Below, in pieces: positions 26,977 to 41,542 of a stretch of DNA of 64,000 nt; positions within the stretch are counted from its first letter, which is position 1, and each line of letters starts with the position of its first letter. The DNA is taken from positions 6,905 through 70,904 of the forward strand of contig DATGIA010000019.1 in the NCBI GenBank assembly GCA_035307465.1. The letters are read 5' to 3'. A program made the translations under genes and the position numbers. The notes beneath the pieces were generated by a model. The model did no database searches. It saw only the letters and a program-made list of their open reading frames with translations, and had not been told where the DNA came from. The stretch comes from Steroidobacteraceae bacterium (GTDB lineage: Bacteria; Pseudomonadota; Gammaproteobacteria; Steroidobacterales; Steroidobacteraceae).

Positions 26977-27016
26977 CGGGATTGCTTCGTCCCGTGTTAA
27001 TTATTTTATTGATTTT
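26977..27016 (+). terminator. Candidate intrinsic terminator for the plus-strand transcript (DUF498 gene and/or small ORF)
   Basis: CGGGA (26977-26981) pairs with TCCCG (26990-26994) around an 8-nt loop, followed by tgttaattattttattgatttt. The stem is short (5 bp), so confidence is low. Confidence 0.35.
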
Positions 27017-27076
27017 CATATAGTTAACATCTAAACATCGAGCATATCTGAAGATCGATTCGCGACCGCGACGCCG

Positions 27077-27742
27077 CTATCGCTGCACGCCGGAGAGCAG
27101 CGGCACGAAACTCACGGCGCCCAACGCCTCGCGCTGCACGCGCGTCTCGGTCTTGGTGTAGCGCGTGAGCTCCTGCCGGCCCTCGGGTCCCACCGGCGCG
27201 ATGAGCCGGCCGCCGACGGCGAGCTGATCGAAGAGCGCTTGCGGTACGGCGTGCGGCGCCGCGGTCACCAGAATGCCCTCGAACGGCGCGCGCGCGGCCC
27301 AGCCCACGTTGCCGTCGTCATGACGGAAGCGCACGTTGCGGATCTTGAGCTCGCGCAATGCCCGCCGCGCGCGCGCGACGAGGCTCGCGATCCGCTCGAT
27401 GGTGTAGATCTCGCCGACCAGAGGCGCGAGCACGGCGGACTGATAGCCGCACCCCGTGCCGATCTCGAGCACCTTGGGCACCGGGCCCGCAGCGAGCAAC
27501 GCTTCGGTCATGCGCGCGACGACATAGGGCTGCGAGATCGTCTGCCCGAAGCCGATCGGCAACGCGGTGTCCTCGTAGGCGCGCGACGCGAGCGCCTCGT
27601 CGACGAACAGATGCCGGGGGACGTTGCGGATGCGATCGAGCACTCGCATGTCCTTGATGCCCTGATCCTTGAGCCGCTGCACCAGGCGCTCGCGGGTGCG
27701 CGCCGAGGTCATACCAATACCGCCGAGACGCGGGCCTTCCAT
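27077..27742 (-). CDS. pcm: Protein-L-isoaspartate O-methyltransferase
   Basis: ORF 27077..27757(-). The track start is TTG; ATG 27742 is chosen ([24 protein letters not shown]). [33 protein letters not shown] motif [13 protein letters not shown]. Confidence 0.93.
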   Translation of the reverse strand: MEGPRLGGIGMTSARTRERLVQRLKDQGIKDMRVLDRIRNVPRHLFVDEALASRAYEDTALPIGFGQTISQPYVVARMTEALLAAGPVPKVLEIGTGCGYQSAVLAPLVGEIYTIERIASLVARARRALRELKIRNVRFRHDDGNVGWAARAPFEGILVTAAPHAVPQALFDQLAVGGRLIAPVGPEGRQELTRYTKTETRVQREALGAVSFVPLLSGVQR

Positions 27743-27749
27743 GGAGTGG

Positions 27750-28502
27750 CTACTCAAGCTTCAACCACCGCTGCAGCTCGGACAGGGCAGCATGGCGCGT
27801 CAGATCGATCTGCAGCGGCGTGATCGAGGCATAGCCGGCCGCGATGGCCTCGAAGTCGGTGCCCGGTCCCGCATCCGCCCCGCCCCCGGAAGGTCCGATC
27901 CAGTAGACATTGCGGCCACGCGGGTCCTTCGCGCGCACGATGGGCTCGCTGCGATGCCTCGCCCCGAGGCGGGTCACCCGCACCCCGCGCAATCCACCTT
28001 CGGGCAGGTCCGGCACGTTGACGTTGAGGATCATGGGGCCTTGCAAGGGCTCGACGCGCATGCGCTGCACCAGATCGGCCGCGATGCGCGCCGCGCTTGC
28101 AAAATTGCGCGGACTGCCGGGCTCGATGCAGAGGGAGACCGCGATGGCCGGCAGCCCGAGGAAGCGACCCTCGATCGCGGCCGCGACGGTTCCCGAGTAC
28201 AGGGTGTCATCGCCGAGATTGGCTCCATCGTTCACCCCCGAGACGACGATGTCGTGCTCGAAGTCGAACAATCCGGAAATCGCCAGGTGCACGCAATCGG
28301 TGGGCGTGCCGTTCACGTAGTAACTATCGGCGTCGTACTTGAAGGCGCGCACCGGCACATCGAGCGTGAGCGAATTGCTCGCCCCGCTGCGGTTGCGATC
28401 GGGCGCCACCACGGTCACCTGCCCCAAGGGGAGGATCGCGCGGCGCAGCTCCTCGAGTCCGGGAGCACGGTAGCCGTCATCGTTCGAAAGCAGGATCTTC
28501 AC
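27750..28502 (-). CDS. surE: 5'/3'-nucleotidase SurE
   Basis: ORF 27750..28502(-), 250 aa, GTG start. [36 protein letters not shown]. Confidence 0.95.
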   Translation of the reverse strand: MKILLSNDDGYRAPGLEELRRAILPLGQVTVVAPDRNRSGASNSLTLDVPVRAFKYDADSYYVNGTPTDCVHLAISGLFDFEHDIVVSGVNDGANLGDDTLYSGTVAAAIEGRFLGLPAIAVSLCIEPGSPRNFASAARIAADLVQRMRVEPLQGPMILNVNVPDLPEGGLRGVRVTRLGARHRSEPIVRAKDPRGRNVYWIGPSGGGADAGPGTDFEAIAAGYASITPLQIDLTRHAALSELQRWLKLE

Positions 28503-28590
28503 GAGAGTTGGGAGCGAGCCTGAAGCTGGCGCGTTGCGACGCCGCGACTATACTGGAAGCTCCTCGAGTTGGGGATAGCGGATCAATCAC

Positions 28591-29238
28591 ATGTCGCGAC
28601 GAGGGCCGAGGGAGCGCGGGCCGGAACCGAAAACTCGCGCCGCGACGCCGATTCGAGTTGACAAGCCCGTGAGCCCGGCTGCGGTCGACGACGCGGGGGC
28701 TTTTCGCGAAGCGGTGCGCGATGTGAGGCCGCTCGAGCCCCAAGGACACGTTCTCATCGAGGACGCTGCCGGCGCATCGCAGGCGCTGCATCGCGCCGCG
28801 CGTGCGCACGCCCGCCACGTGACTCGAAGCTCGGCGCGGCGCGCGGCCGCGGCCCGGCTCGAGGAGCCTGCGGTCGGCTCCGAGGAAATCGTCGCCGGCA
28901 GCGAGCCGCTGGTCTTTCGCCGCCCCGGGGTGCGCGATCAGGTGATGCGCAAGCTCCGCCGTGGGTTCTTTGCGATTGACGATGAGCTCGATCTGCACGG
29001 ACTCAACCAGGCCGCGGCGCGCGATCTGCTCGGCGAGTTCATCGCGAATCAACGGGCCGCAGGGCACCGCTGCGTGCGCATCATCCACGGCAAGGGGTAT
29101 CGCTCCGGTGCGCGCGGACCGATCCTCAAGATCCTCGTCAACGGCTGGCTCAAGCGTCACCTTGACGTGCTCGCCTTTTGCTCGGCGCGCGAGATCGACG
29201 GGGGCACGGGCGCGGTGTACGTGCTATTGCGCACCTGA
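28591..29238 (+). CDS. Smr (small MutS-related) domain protein
   Basis: ORF 28591..29238(+), 215 aa. C-terminal Smr domain ELDLHGLNQAAARDLL...RCVRIIHGKGYRSG...LKILVNGWL. Confidence 0.85.
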   Translation: MSRRGPRERGPEPKTRAATPIRVDKPVSPAAVDDAGAFREAVRDVRPLEPQGHVLIEDAAGASQALHRAARAHARHVTRSSARRAAAARLEEPAVGSEEIVAGSEPLVFRRPGVRDQVMRKLRRGFFAIDDELDLHGLNQAAARDLLGEFIANQRAAGHRCVRIIHGKGYRSGARGPILKILVNGWLKRHLDVLAFCSAREIDGGTGAVYVLLRT

Positions 29239-29297
29239 GCGCCGCCCGAGCACCGAGTACCGAGCACCCGAGCGGCCCCACGACCGAGCGAGCCGCT

Positions 29298-30497
29298 CTA
29301 GCCCTCGAGCATCACCGTCGCGAGCGCCGCGAGCCCCTCGCCGCGGCCGAGGAATCCGAGCTGCTCGGTGGTGGTCGCCTTGACGTTGATGCAGGCCGCC
29401 TCGACGCCGAGGTCGGCCGCGAGGTTTGCGACCATGGCGGTGCGATGCCGAGCGATGCGCGGTGCCTCGGCGAGCACCGTGACATCGGCGTTGCGCAGCG
29501 CGTAGCCCGCGGCGCGCATCTTCGCGGCGACCTCGCGCAGGAACAGACGGCTGTCGGCACCGCGATAGCGCGGGTCGGTGTCGGGAAAGTGCTGGCCGAT
29601 ATCGCCGAGCGCGAGCCCTCCGAGGATCGCATCGCAGAGCGCATGGATGATCACATCGCCGTCGGAGTGCGCGACGATGCCGCGCGCATGCGCGATGCGC
29701 ACTCCGCCGAGCATGACGTGATCGCCTTCACCGAAGGCGTGCACATCGCAGCCCTGCCCGATCCGCATGCGGCCTGCACCGCCTCCGCGCAGCACGACTT
29801 CCGCCACGGTGAGATCCTCCGCCCGGGTTACTTTGATGTTGAGAGGCGATCCGGGCACGAGCACGGCGCGCACCCCGCGCCGCTCCATGGCCTGGGACTC
29901 ATCGGTGACCGCCACGCCCTCCTCGGCCGCGGCAATGAGCGCCGCGCGCAGCTCACCCAGGCGAAACGCCTGCGGCGTGAGCGCACGCCACAGCCCCGAT
30001 CGATCGACGGTCGCGGCCACGGCACCGCCCTGCTCGCGCTTGACGGTATCGACGAGCGGTGCCGCGAGCACCACGCCCGGCGCGCCGGCCGCGAGCGCGG
30101 CGCTGAGCGCGCGCACCTCCTCGAGGGTGAGGCAGGGACGCGCCGCATCGTGCACCAGCACGAAATCCTCCGATGCGGCGCGCGGCACGAGATACTCGAG
30201 CGCGCGCAGCACCGACTCCTGCCGCGAGCCCCCACCGCTCGTCACGTGCAGCCGTGCATCGCCCAGCGAGGCGATGAGCGCGGCGCCGTGTGCATCGCCC
30301 GGGCGCAGCGCAATGACGATCGCCTCGATGGCGGGCTCACTGCGCAGCGCGCGCAGCGACCACTCGAGCACTGTGGCGCCGGCGAGCGGTGCGTATTGCT
30401 TGGGAAGTGCGGCGGCGCCCTCGGCCGCGAAGCGCTCACCGCGGCCTGCGGCCGGCACCACCGCGAAGAGGCGGCGCGCTGCGGAGCGCGCGCTCAC
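29298..30497 (-). CDS. ispDF: Bifunctional 2-C-methyl-D-erythritol 4-phosphate cytidylyltransferase / 2-C-methyl-D-erythritol 2,4-cyclodiphosphate synthase (IspD-IspF fusion)
   Basis: A single uninterrupted ORF 29298..30497(-), 399 aa, GTG start. The IspD half has [13 protein letters not shown]...[10 protein letters not shown]. The linker is LRGGGAGR. The IspF half has [12 protein letters not shown]...[17 protein letters not shown]...[15 protein letters not shown]. Confidence 0.92.
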   Translation of the reverse strand: MSARSAARRLFAVVPAAGRGERFAAEGAAALPKQYAPLAGATVLEWSLRALRSEPAIEAIVIALRPGDAHGAALIASLGDARLHVTSGGGSRQESVLRALEYLVPRAASEDFVLVHDAARPCLTLEEVRALSAALAAGAPGVVLAAPLVDTVKREQGGAVAATVDRSGLWRALTPQAFRLGELRAALIAAAEEGVAVTDESQAMERRGVRAVLVPGSPLNIKVTRAEDLTVAEVVLRGGGAGRMRIGQGCDVHAFGEGDHVMLGGVRIAHARGIVAHSDGDVIIHALCDAILGGLALGDIGQHFPDTDPRYRGADSRLFLREVAAKMRAAGYALRNADVTVLAEAPRIARHRTAMVANLAADLGVEAACINVKATTTEQLGFLGRGEGLAALATVMLEG

Positions 30498-30516
30498 CGC
30501 GCTCTGAGCTGCCCGC

Positions 30517-30864
30517 TCACTGCGCGCGGGCGGTCATGGCGCCGTGTCGCACACTCTGCGGCGCGCTCGGCAGCACGCTCGGTGTCGGCGGCCCGGCGGT
30601 GACCACCTGATAGAACGTCTCGTTGCTGCCCACCATGCCGAGCTCGCTGCGGGCGCGCTCCTCGAGTGCGGTGAGGCCGACCTTGAGGTCATTGACCTCC
30701 GCGGCGAGACGGCGATTGCGCTCACGGCTCTCGAGGTTCTGCGCGCGTTGTGCGGCAACGGCAGCCTGCAAACGCCACACCTCGCGCATGCCCTGATCGG
30801 AGAGCCAGAGCCGCACCTGGAGCAGCACCAGGCAGATCGCAAGAACAGAGAGGAAAAACCTCAT
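30517..30864 (-). CDS. ftsB: Cell division protein FtsB
   Basis: ORF 30517..30864(-), 115 aa. N-terminal TM helix plus coiled coil ([34 protein letters not shown]). Position between eno and ispD, as in other gammaproteobacteria. Confidence 0.9.
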   Translation of the reverse strand: MRFFLSVLAICLVLLQVRLWLSDQGMREVWRLQAAVAAQRAQNLESRERNRRLAAEVNDLKVGLTALEERARSELGMVGSNETFYQVVTAGPPTPSVLPSAPQSVRHGAMTARAQ

Positions 30865-30913
30865 ACGGTCAGAAGCTTAGCACAGTTTCTTGAGAAATTG
30901 GAACGAGCGGTCC

Positions 30914-33048
<2,135 letters not shown>

Positions 33049-33062
33049 GCCGCTGCGCGCTG

Positions 33063-34712
<1,650 letters not shown>

Positions 34713-34801
34713 TCACCGCCGTTCAATGCACTTCAGGTCCCTGACCATCAGCGACCTGATACATCGTCCCAAGGGAAGTTGTTGGAAATCGACGGGAGTC
34801 C

Positions 34802-34830
34802 AGAGTACCAGATCGGTCCGCGGCCGACAA
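34802..34830 (-). promoter_or_regulatory. Candidate sigma-70 promoter for pyrG
   Basis: The minus strand reads TTGTCG-N17-TACTCT with TGG just upstream of the -10 (plus strand cgacaa 34825-34830, agagta 34802-34807). It is about 95 nt upstream of the pyrG ATG, in a 205-nt intergenic gap. Confidence 0.5.
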
Positions 34831-34914
34831 TCGAAGCGCGCGCACCTCGCGCCGCGCGCACTGAACACTCGAGCGGTGCCGGCTCGAGCGGCGCCGGCGA
34901 GCGCGCGCGAGCGA

Positions 34915-36327
34915 TCACTGCAGGCGCGGCGCGTTCTCCCAGCGGCACACGAGGCCGGGCGCGTCGGGCGCGACGCGCAAGTCCGCGTTGTGCCACAGAT
35001 CGCCGACCGCGATGAGCGTTCGGTGCGCATACACGAACGGCAGCGCATCGCGCATCCAGGGCACGATCCCCCATGCCTGACACAGCTCGCGCGCGCTGCG
35101 CGTGCGCCCGCCGCGCGCGATCCGCAGCCGCTCGTTGCCTTCACGGCGGCGCACCTCGAGCGGGAGGCGCAGGCGCGCCGGATCGAGCCCGCCGAGCGCC
35201 TCCTCGAAGCGCAGGCGTCCGAGTCCGTGCGGCAGCTCGAGCGCAGCACCTGTGGCACCGCGCGCAGCACCCGCCCCCGACGCGGTGGCTACCGACCCAG
35301 GGCCCAGCGAGGCGGCGTCCTCGAAGGCCGGCCAGGCGAGCGGCTCCTCGAGTCGGGGTGGGCAGGCGGGGGTGAGAAACAGCCGGTCGCGATAGCGGCG
35401 CAGCGCGTGCTCCTCCCAGGCCACCGCGGGCACCTGGTCCGCGCCGGCCGCGAGCATTTGCCGCAGTGCCTCGCGCAGGCGCGCGCTCGAGGGCAGACGC
35501 ACCCCCGCGGCGGCGATCCACTGCCGCAGCGCATGCAGCTGCTCGAGCTCATCGAGCCCCCGCAGCGCCTGGAGGCTCAGCGCCTCACCGTCGCGCGCGC
35601 GGCTGACGATCGCAGCGGCCTTCGTCTCGATCAGGGCCTCGGCCGCGGCGAGATGGGCGGCGCTGCGCGCGAGCGCCTTGGCCGCCCCGGGCCAGCGCGT
35701 CTCGATCGCCGGCCAGAGTGCGCTGCGCAGGTATGCACGCTCGAAGCGCGGGTCCGTGTTCATGGGATCCCGGAAGGGGGAGAGCTGCTGATCGCGGACG
35801 AACTGCTCGAGGGCCGCATGGCCGACTTCGAGCAGCGGTCGAATATGCCACCCCGGGCCGAGCCGCCGCCGCATCGGCATGCCCGCCAGTCCCCTGGGAC
35901 CGGCCCCGCGCAACAGCTGCAGCAGCACCGTCTCGGCCTGATCCTGCTGATGATGCGCGGTGAGCAGGCACTCGTGCGCCCGCAACTCGGCGCTCAGGCG
36001 GGCGTAGCGCACGTCCCGCGCCAGCGCCTCGACGGACCCTCCTCCCGTCCGCGGCACCTCGGCCTCAAGAATCGCGAGGGGCACCTCGAAGCGCTCGCAG
36101 AGCGCGGCGCTCGCGGCCCGCATCTGCGCGGCCGCGCACTGCAGCCCATGATCGACGTGCAGCGCGCGCACCGGCAGATTGCGCACGGTGCCGATCGGCA
36201 GCAGGCGCAAGGCGGCGAGCAGCGCGGCGGAGTCCGGGCCGCCGCTCAGCGCGACGGCGAGCGCGGTGGCCTCCTCGGGGAGCGCCTCCTCGAGCGCGCG
36301 CCGCAGGTCGGCGGGGCCGAAGCTCAT
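34915..36327 (-). CDS. tilS: tRNA(Ile)-lysidine synthase
   Basis: ORF 34915..36327(-), 470 aa. PP-loop LAVALSGGPDSAALL. Confidence 0.92.
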   Translation of the reverse strand: MSFGPADLRRALEEALPEEATALAVALSGGPDSAALLAALRLLPIGTVRNLPVRALHVDHGLQCAAAQMRAASAALCERFEVPLAILEAEVPRTGGGSVEALARDVRYARLSAELRAHECLLTAHHQQDQAETVLLQLLRGAGPRGLAGMPMRRRLGPGWHIRPLLEVGHAALEQFVRDQQLSPFRDPMNTDPRFERAYLRSALWPAIETRWPGAAKALARSAAHLAAAEALIETKAAAIVSRARDGEALSLQALRGLDELEQLHALRQWIAAAGVRLPSSARLREALRQMLAAGADQVPAVAWEEHALRRYRDRLFLTPACPPRLEEPLAWPAFEDAASLGPGSVATASGAGAARGATGAALELPHGLGRLRFEEALGGLDPARLRLPLEVRRREGNERLRIARGGRTRSARELCQAWGIVPWMRDALPFVYAHRTLIAVGDLWHNADLRVAPDAPGLVCRWENAPRLQ

Positions 36328-36381
36328 GCGCGGCGCCTCGAGGGCGAGCGCAGCGCGGCGCGGATGCGGCGCGGCCGCTCG

Positions 36382-37341
36382 CTACGGGTCGCGAAACACA
36401 CCGAAGGAGCGCAGACGCGCCTGGCGTGCATCGAGCAGCGTCGTGATGGGCTGGTTGCGCAGCTCGGAGAGGTGCTTGGAGATGCTCACCTTCATGCTCT
36501 CGGCCATCGCCTGCGGGTCGCGATGCGCGGCGCCGTGCGGCTCCTTCAGCACCTCATCGACGAGGCCAAGCTTCTTCAGGCGCTCGGCGGTGCCCCCCAT
36601 CGCATCGGCGGACACCTCCTTCTTGTCGGTGCTCTTCCACAGGATCGAGGCGGAGGCCTCGGGGGAGATCACCGAATAGACGCTGAACTGCAGCATGACG
36701 AGGCGATCGCAGACGCCGATGGCGAGCGCGCCGCCCGAGCCGCCCTCGCCGATCACGATCGAGAGCACGGGTGCGGCGAGATGCGACATCTCGAAGAGGT
36801 TGCGCGCGATGGCCTCGCTCTGCCCGCGCTCCTCCGAGCCGATGCCGGGATAGGCGCCGGGCGTATCGATCAGCGTGATCACGGGAATGCGAAAGCGCTC
36901 GGCCAGGCGCATCAGCCGCAGCGCCTTGCGATAGCCTTCGGGCTTCGGCATGCCGTAGTTGCGCCGCACGCGCTCCTTGGTATCGCGGCCTTTCTGATGG
37001 CCGATCACCATCACGGGCGTGCCCTCGAAACGGGCGAGGCCGCCGACGATCGCGAGGTCATCCGAGTACATGCGATCGCCGTGCAGCTCCTGCCAGTCGG
37101 TAAAGATCATGGCCACGTAATCGAGGGTGTAGGGTCGCAGCGGGTGGCGGGCGAGCTGGGTGATCTGCCACGGCGAGAGGTTCGAGAAGATGCTGGTGGT
37201 GAGGGCGCGGCTCTTCGACTGCAGGCGCTGGATCTCCTCGGTGAGGTTGACGCTCGAATCGTTGCCGAGGTACTTGAGCTCCTCGATCTTCGCTTCGAGC
37301 TCGGCGATGGGTTGCTCGAACTCTAGAAAATTCAGCGCCAT
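36382..37341 (-). CDS. accA: Acetyl-CoA carboxylase carboxyltransferase subunit alpha
   Basis: ORF 36382..37341(-), 319 aa. [20 protein letters not shown]..., [18 protein letters not shown]. Confidence 0.97.
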   Translation of the reverse strand: MALNFLEFEQPIAELEAKIEELKYLGNDSSVNLTEEIQRLQSKSRALTTSIFSNLSPWQITQLARHPLRPYTLDYVAMIFTDWQELHGDRMYSDDLAIVGGLARFEGTPVMVIGHQKGRDTKERVRRNYGMPKPEGYRKALRLMRLAERFRIPVITLIDTPGAYPGIGSEERGQSEAIARNLFEMSHLAAPVLSIVIGEGGSGGALAIGVCDRLVMLQFSVYSVISPEASASILWKSTDKKEVSADAMGGTAERLKKLGLVDEVLKEPHGAAHRDPQAMAESMKVSISKHLSELRNQPITTLLDARQARLRSFGVFRDP

Positions 37342-40300
37342 GAAGATGTTTCCTCGCCTCGAGACTCAACCCGGGCGCCGTACGTGAGGGACCATCCGTC
37401 GCGTCCCACCAGAGCGGTTAGTTTATCGAGTAACTCGCGCGACGCACGCACCGACCAGCTGTCGGCGAGATGCACGCGGCCGCTGTAATCGGCTCGCTGC
37501 ACGACGACGCTCACCCCGCAGGGTCCTTTCAGATAGGGACGCAACAGCTCCTCGAGCCGGGAGAGCCCTGCGGGCCCATTGAATTCCTGCGGCCAGCGCA
37601 GCCACAGGCGCCGCGCGTAGCGCTCGCGGGCGCGATCGATGTCCATCAAGCTCTTGGCCTGCAGCCGCCAGGCCTCGATGAAATCGTCGAACCGCAAGGT
37701 GCCCTCGATGAGGACGATCGCATCCTTGACGATCAGGTCACGGTACTGCTGGTAGGTCTCCTCGTACAGACTCACTTCGATCCGGCCGGTGCGGTCGTCG
37801 AGGATCAGCGTGACGCGATTCGGCCGGCGGCGGATCTCGAGGATGAGACCTGCGAGGGTGGCGGGCTTGCCCTGGGAGTAGCCGCGCTCCCCGGCGGGCG
37901 CGACGGGGCGCGCGCCGCCGGCCTCGGCGAGGCGCGCGCTCACCAGGAATTTGAGGTCGGGCTCGTACGGGGTGATCGGATGGCCCGAGAGAAAGAGCCC
38001 GAGCGTCTCGCGCTCGCCGGCGAGGCGCTGCGCCTCGCTCCACTCGGGGATGGCAATCGGCGGGCGCTCGCTCTCGCCGCTCGGTGCAAGACCGAAGAGG
38101 TCGACCTGCCCCACGGCAAGCGCAAAGGAGTTCTGCTCACCGAGGTGCATGGCGCGCTCGAGCTCGGCGCTCAAGGTGGCGCGATTGGGGCCGAGCGCAT
38201 CGAGGCTCCCGGAGCGGATGAGCGCCTCGAGCACGCGCTTGTTGACGCGCGCGAGGTCGATCCGCCGGCACAGATCGGTCAGGCTCTTGAAGGGGCCGCG
38301 GGCCTCGCGCTCCTCGATGATCGCCTGCACCGCCGAGGCGCCCACCCCCTTGATCGCCCCGAGCCCATACCGCAGGCTCGAGGGACCGGAGACCCGGAAG
38401 GCGTACACCGAGGCGTTGACGTCGGGCGGCAGCACCTCGAGCCCGAGGTCGAGGCATTCATCGCGCAGCGCGACCACCTTGTCGGTCTTGTCCATGTCCG
38501 CCGACAGCACCGCGGCCATGAAGGCCGCGGGGTAATGCGCCTTGAGCCAGGCGGTCTGATAGGACAGCAGCGCGTAGGCGGCGGAGTGCGACTTGTTGAA
38601 GCCGTAGCCCGCGAACTTCTCCATGAGGTCGAAGATGTGGGTGGCCTGCGACTCCGGCACGCCGCGCGCGACCGCGCCGCTCACGAACACGGAGCGCTGC
38701 TTCGCCATCTCCTCGGGCTTTTTCTTGCCCATCGCACGACGCAGCAGGTCGGCGCCGCCCAGGCTGTAGCCGGCGAGGATCTGCGCGATCTGCATCACCT
38801 GCTCCTGATACAGGATGACGCCGTAGGTGGCCTCGAGCACGGGCTTCAATTTCGGGTGCAGATAATCGATGGTCGCGCCGCTCGTGTCGTGCTTGCGCGC
38901 GATGAAGTCATCGACCATGCCCGACTGCAGCGGGCCGGGTCGGAACAGCGCGACCAGCGCGACGATGTCGCCGAAGCGGTCGGGCTGCAGGCGCCGGATC
39001 AGATCCTTGAGGCCCCGCGACTCGAGCTGGAACACCGCGGTGGTCTTGCTGCTCCTCAACAGCTCGAACGTCGCCGGGTCATCCATGGGGAGCGCACTCA
39101 TCGAGAGCGGCTGCTCACCGCTCACTGCGCGCGCCGCGTTGATGTCGCGCACCGCCCAGTCGATCACGGTCAGGGTGCGCAAGCCGAGGAAATCGAACTT
39201 GACGAGCCCCGCCGCCTCGACGTCGTCCTTGTCGAACTGCGTGACGGGGGCGCTGCCGCCCTCTTCGCAGTAGAGCGGCGTGAAGTCGGTGAGCACGGAG
39301 GGCGCGATGACGACGCCGCCCGCATGGGTGCCGGCATTGCGCGCGAGCCCCTCGAGCGCGCGCGCGAGGTCGATGAGCTCGCGCACCTCCTGATCGGCGT
39401 GATAGAGGCGCCGCAGCTCCTCTTCCTGCTCGAGCGCCTTGTCGAGCGTCATGCCGATCTCGAAGGGAATGAGCTTCGCGATGCGGTCGACGTAACCGTA
39501 GTTGTGGCCAAGGACGCGGCCGACATCGCGCACCACGGCCTTTGCTGCCAGCGTACCGTAGGTGATGATCTGCGAGACCCGCTCGCGCCCGTACTTCTGC
39601 GCGACGTACTCGATCACGCGATCGCGACCTTCCATGCAGAAGTCGACGTCGAAGTCCGGCATCGAGACGCGCTCGGGGTTCAAGAAGCGCTCGAACAGCA
39701 GGTCGTGCTCGATGGGATCGAGGTCCGTGATGCCGAGCGCATAGGCAACGAGCGATCCGGCGCCCGAGCCGCGGCCGGGGCCGACCGGCACGCCGTGCTC
39801 GCGGGCCCAGCGGATGAAATCCGCGACGATGAGAAAGTAGCCGGCAAAGCCCATGCTGCAGATCACCTCGAGCTCGAGCTTGAGGCGCGCCCGATAGGCG
39901 TCCCGGTCGAGGCTCGCGGCGGGCGTCGCCGCCGGCGATGCGGCGGCCTCGGCACGGGCGCGCGCCACGGCCTCGGACGCCTCGATCCGAGCGGTGAGGC
40001 CCCGCTCGGCCTCCTCTCTCAGGAACTGCTCGGCGCTCGTTGCCGCGGGGGTCGGATAGGCCGGGAGCATCGAGGCACCGAGCTTGATCTCGAGCGAGCA
40101 GCGCCGCGCAATCTCGACGCTGTTCGCGAGAAGCTCGGGCACATCGCTGAACAGCGCCTGCATCTCGGCCGGCGTCTTGAGGTACTGCTCCTCGCTGTAG
40201 CGGCGCGGGCGGCTCGTGTCATCGAGCAACGTGCCCTCGTGAATGCAGACGCGCGCCTCGTGCGCCTCGAAATCCGCGCGCGCCAGGAACCGCACCTCGT

Positions 40301-40895
40301 TGGTGGCGACCGCCGGCACACCGAGCTCGGCCGCCAGGTGGAGCACCGCCTCGCCGTAGTGCTGCTCGCCCTGCCGCCCGGTGCGCGGCACCTCGAGGTA
40401 ATAGCGATCGGCCGTGAGGGCACGCCACTCCTCGAGCCGCCGGCGCGCTTCCTCGAGCCGGCCGCGCGCGATCGCCTGTCCAATGTCCCCCTCCGGCCCG
40501 CCCGAGAGCACGATCAGGCCCTCGAGCTGCGCGGGCTCGAGCCAGCGCCGGTCGACCATCGCGAGGCCGCGCGAGCGGCCCTCGAGGTAGGAGCGCGTCA
40601 CGAGCTGCGTGAGGCGACGGTAGCCCAAGAGGCTCTGACAGAGCACGGTGAGACGCGAAGGGGGCGTGCGCTCACCCGCCTCGCGGATCCACAGGTCGAC
40701 GCCGATCACGGGTTTGACGCCGGCGGCGAGCGCCTCCTTGTAGAACTTCACCATCGCGAAGAGGTTGCTCTGGTCGGTGAGCGCGACGGCCGGCATGCGC
40801 GCGGCCGCCACCGCCGCCATGAGCGAAGGGATACGCACGATGCCGTCGCTCAAGGAATACTCGGTGTGCAGCTTCAAGTGAACGAAGGCGCTCAC
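37332..40895 (-). CDS. dnaE: DNA polymerase III subunit alpha
   Basis: ORF 37332..40895(-), 1187 aa, GTG start. PHP domain [12 protein letters not shown], polymerase core. The 3' end overlaps the accA start by 10 nt. Confidence 0.97.
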   Translation of the reverse strand: MSAFVHLKLHTEYSLSDGIVRIPSLMAAVAAARMPAVALTDQSNLFAMVKFYKEALAAGVKPVIGVDLWIREAGERTPPSRLTVLCQSLLGYRRLTQLVTRSYLEGRSRGLAMVDRRWLEPAQLEGLIVLSGGPEGDIGQAIARGRLEEARRRLEEWRALTADRYYLEVPRTGRQGEQHYGEAVLHLAAELGVPAVATNEVRFLARADFEAHEARVCIHEGTLLDDTSRPRRYSEEQYLKTPAEMQALFSDVPELLANSVEIARRCSLEIKLGASMLPAYPTPAATSAEQFLREEAERGLTARIEASEAVARARAEAAASPAATPAASLDRDAYRARLKLELEVICSMGFAGYFLIVADFIRWAREHGVPVGPGRGSGAGSLVAYALGITDLDPIEHDLLFERFLNPERVSMPDFDVDFCMEGRDRVIEYVAQKYGRERVSQIITYGTLAAKAVVRDVGRVLGHNYGYVDRIAKLIPFEIGMTLDKALEQEEELRRLYHADQEVRELIDLARALEGLARNAGTHAGGVVIAPSVLTDFTPLYCEEGGSAPVTQFDKDDVEAAGLVKFDFLGLRTLTVIDWAVRDINAARAVSGEQPLSMSALPMDDPATFELLRSSKTTAVFQLESRGLKDLIRRLQPDRFGDIVALVALFRPGPLQSGMVDDFIARKHDTSGATIDYLHPKLKPVLEATYGVILYQEQVMQIAQILAGYSLGGADLLRRAMGKKKPEEMAKQRSVFVSGAVARGVPESQATHIFDLMEKFAGYGFNKSHSAAYALLSYQTAWLKAHYPAAFMAAVLSADMDKTDKVVALRDECLDLGLEVLPPDVNASVYAFRVSGPSSLRYGLGAIKGVGASAVQAIIEEREARGPFKSLTDLCRRIDLARVNKRVLEALIRSGSLDALGPNRATLSAELERAMHLGEQNSFALAVGQVDLFGLAPSGESERPPIAIPEWSEAQRLAGERETLGLFLSGHPITPYEPDLKFLVSARLAEAGGARPVAPAGERGYSQGKPATLAGLILEIRRRPNRVTLILDDRTGRIEVSLYEETYQQYRDLIVKDAIVLIEGTLRFDDFIEAWRLQAKSLMDIDRARERYARRLWLRWPQEFNGPAGLSRLEELLRPYLKGPCGVSVVVQRADYSGRVHLADSWSVRASRELLDKLTALVGRDGWSLTYGARVESRGEETSSWR

Positions 40896-41542
40896 GGCTC
40901 CTCGATCCCCAGCAGCGCCTCGATCTCCTCATCCCACACGCCCTCGCCGGCCGCCTCGAGCGCGGCGAGGCGCGCCTCGACCGGGGAGAAGCTGCGCCGG
41001 TGCAGCGGACAGGGGCCGTGCTCCTCGAGCAGCCGGCGATGCTTGCGGGTCGCGTAGCCCTTGTGGCTGGCGAAAGCGTACTGCGGATAGACCTCATCCA
41101 TCCGCCGCATGTAATGGTCACGCGCCGTCTTGGCCAGAATCGAGGCGGCGCTGATGGCGGGCTCGGTGGCATCACCGCCAATGATTGCTCGAGCGCTCAA
41201 GGGAGAGCCGAGTCCCTCGAGCCTCGGCAGGCGGTTGCCGTCGACGATGAGCCGGTGCGGGGTCACGGTCATGGCGAGCACGGCGCGGCGCATTGCGAGA
41301 AAAGTCGCATGCAGAATGTTGAGCGCATCGATCTCGGCCGGATCCGCCCAGCCGATGCCGAAACACAGGGCGCGGCGGCGGATGATGCCGTCGAGCTCGT
41401 TGCGCACCTCGGGCGCGAGCACCTTGGAGTCGGCGATGCCGGCGATGCGGGGCCCCGGCTTGAGGATCACCGCGGCCGCGACCACCGGGCCCGCGAGCGG
41501 ACCGCGGCCGGCCTCATCGATGCCGGCGATGCGCACTCTCAT
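40892..41542 (-). CDS. rnhB: Ribonuclease HII
   Basis: ORF 40892..41542(-), 216 aa. IAGIDEAGRGPLAGPVVAAAV, DSKVL. Confidence 0.95.
   Translation of the reverse strand: MRVRIAGIDEAGRGPLAGPVVAAAVILKPGPRIAGIADSKVLAPEVRNELDGIIRRRALCFGIGWADPAEIDALNILHATFLAMRRAVLAMTVTPHRLIVDGNRLPRLEGLGSPLSARAIIGGDATEPAISAASILAKTARDHYMRRMDEVYPQYAFASHKGYATRKHRRLLEEHGPCPLHRRSFSPVEARLAALEAAGEGVWDEEIEALLGIEEP

Larger units (their letters stand above)
26755..27060. other. AT-rich non-coding island between two convergent core genes
   Basis: Hand counts give 26 G+C in 70 nt for 26811-26880 and 12 G+C in 50 nt for 27001-27050, against visibly GC-rich flanks. No ORF of 60 or more codons has credible composition here. The island lies between the DUF498 stop (26748) and the pcm stop (27077). 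Confidence 0.9.

Noticed and set aside
26909-27019. 36-codon minus-strand ORF MKINKIINTGRSNPDRSGGQRAFLRPCDCCVLLSLV in the island
   Set aside because: There is no Shine-Dalgarno upstream of the ATG, and no recognisable motif or structure brackets it. In AT-rich sequence ATG-initiated short frames arise by chance.
26766-27061. Possible MITE: inverted GAATCGA / TCGATTC near both edges of the AT-rich island
   Set aside because: Only 7 bp pair perfectly, and the extension needs a gap and mismatches. A 7-bp inverted match is expected by chance a few times in about 330 bp. No target-site duplication is visible and there is no second copy in the window.
29239-29297. Hairpin GAGCGGC-N15-GCCGCTC between convergent smr and ispDF as a bidirectional terminator
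   Set aside because: The 7-bp stem has a large loop and no U tract on either strand. Support is too weak to annotate.
37470-41057. 1195-aa ORF on the plus strand
   Set aside because: It lies exactly antisense to dnaE, whose translation shows unmistakable Pol III alpha motifs. The plus-strand product is Arg/Ala/Gly/Leu/His-rich with no recognisable motif. This is the typical stop-poor shadow frame of GC-rich DNA.
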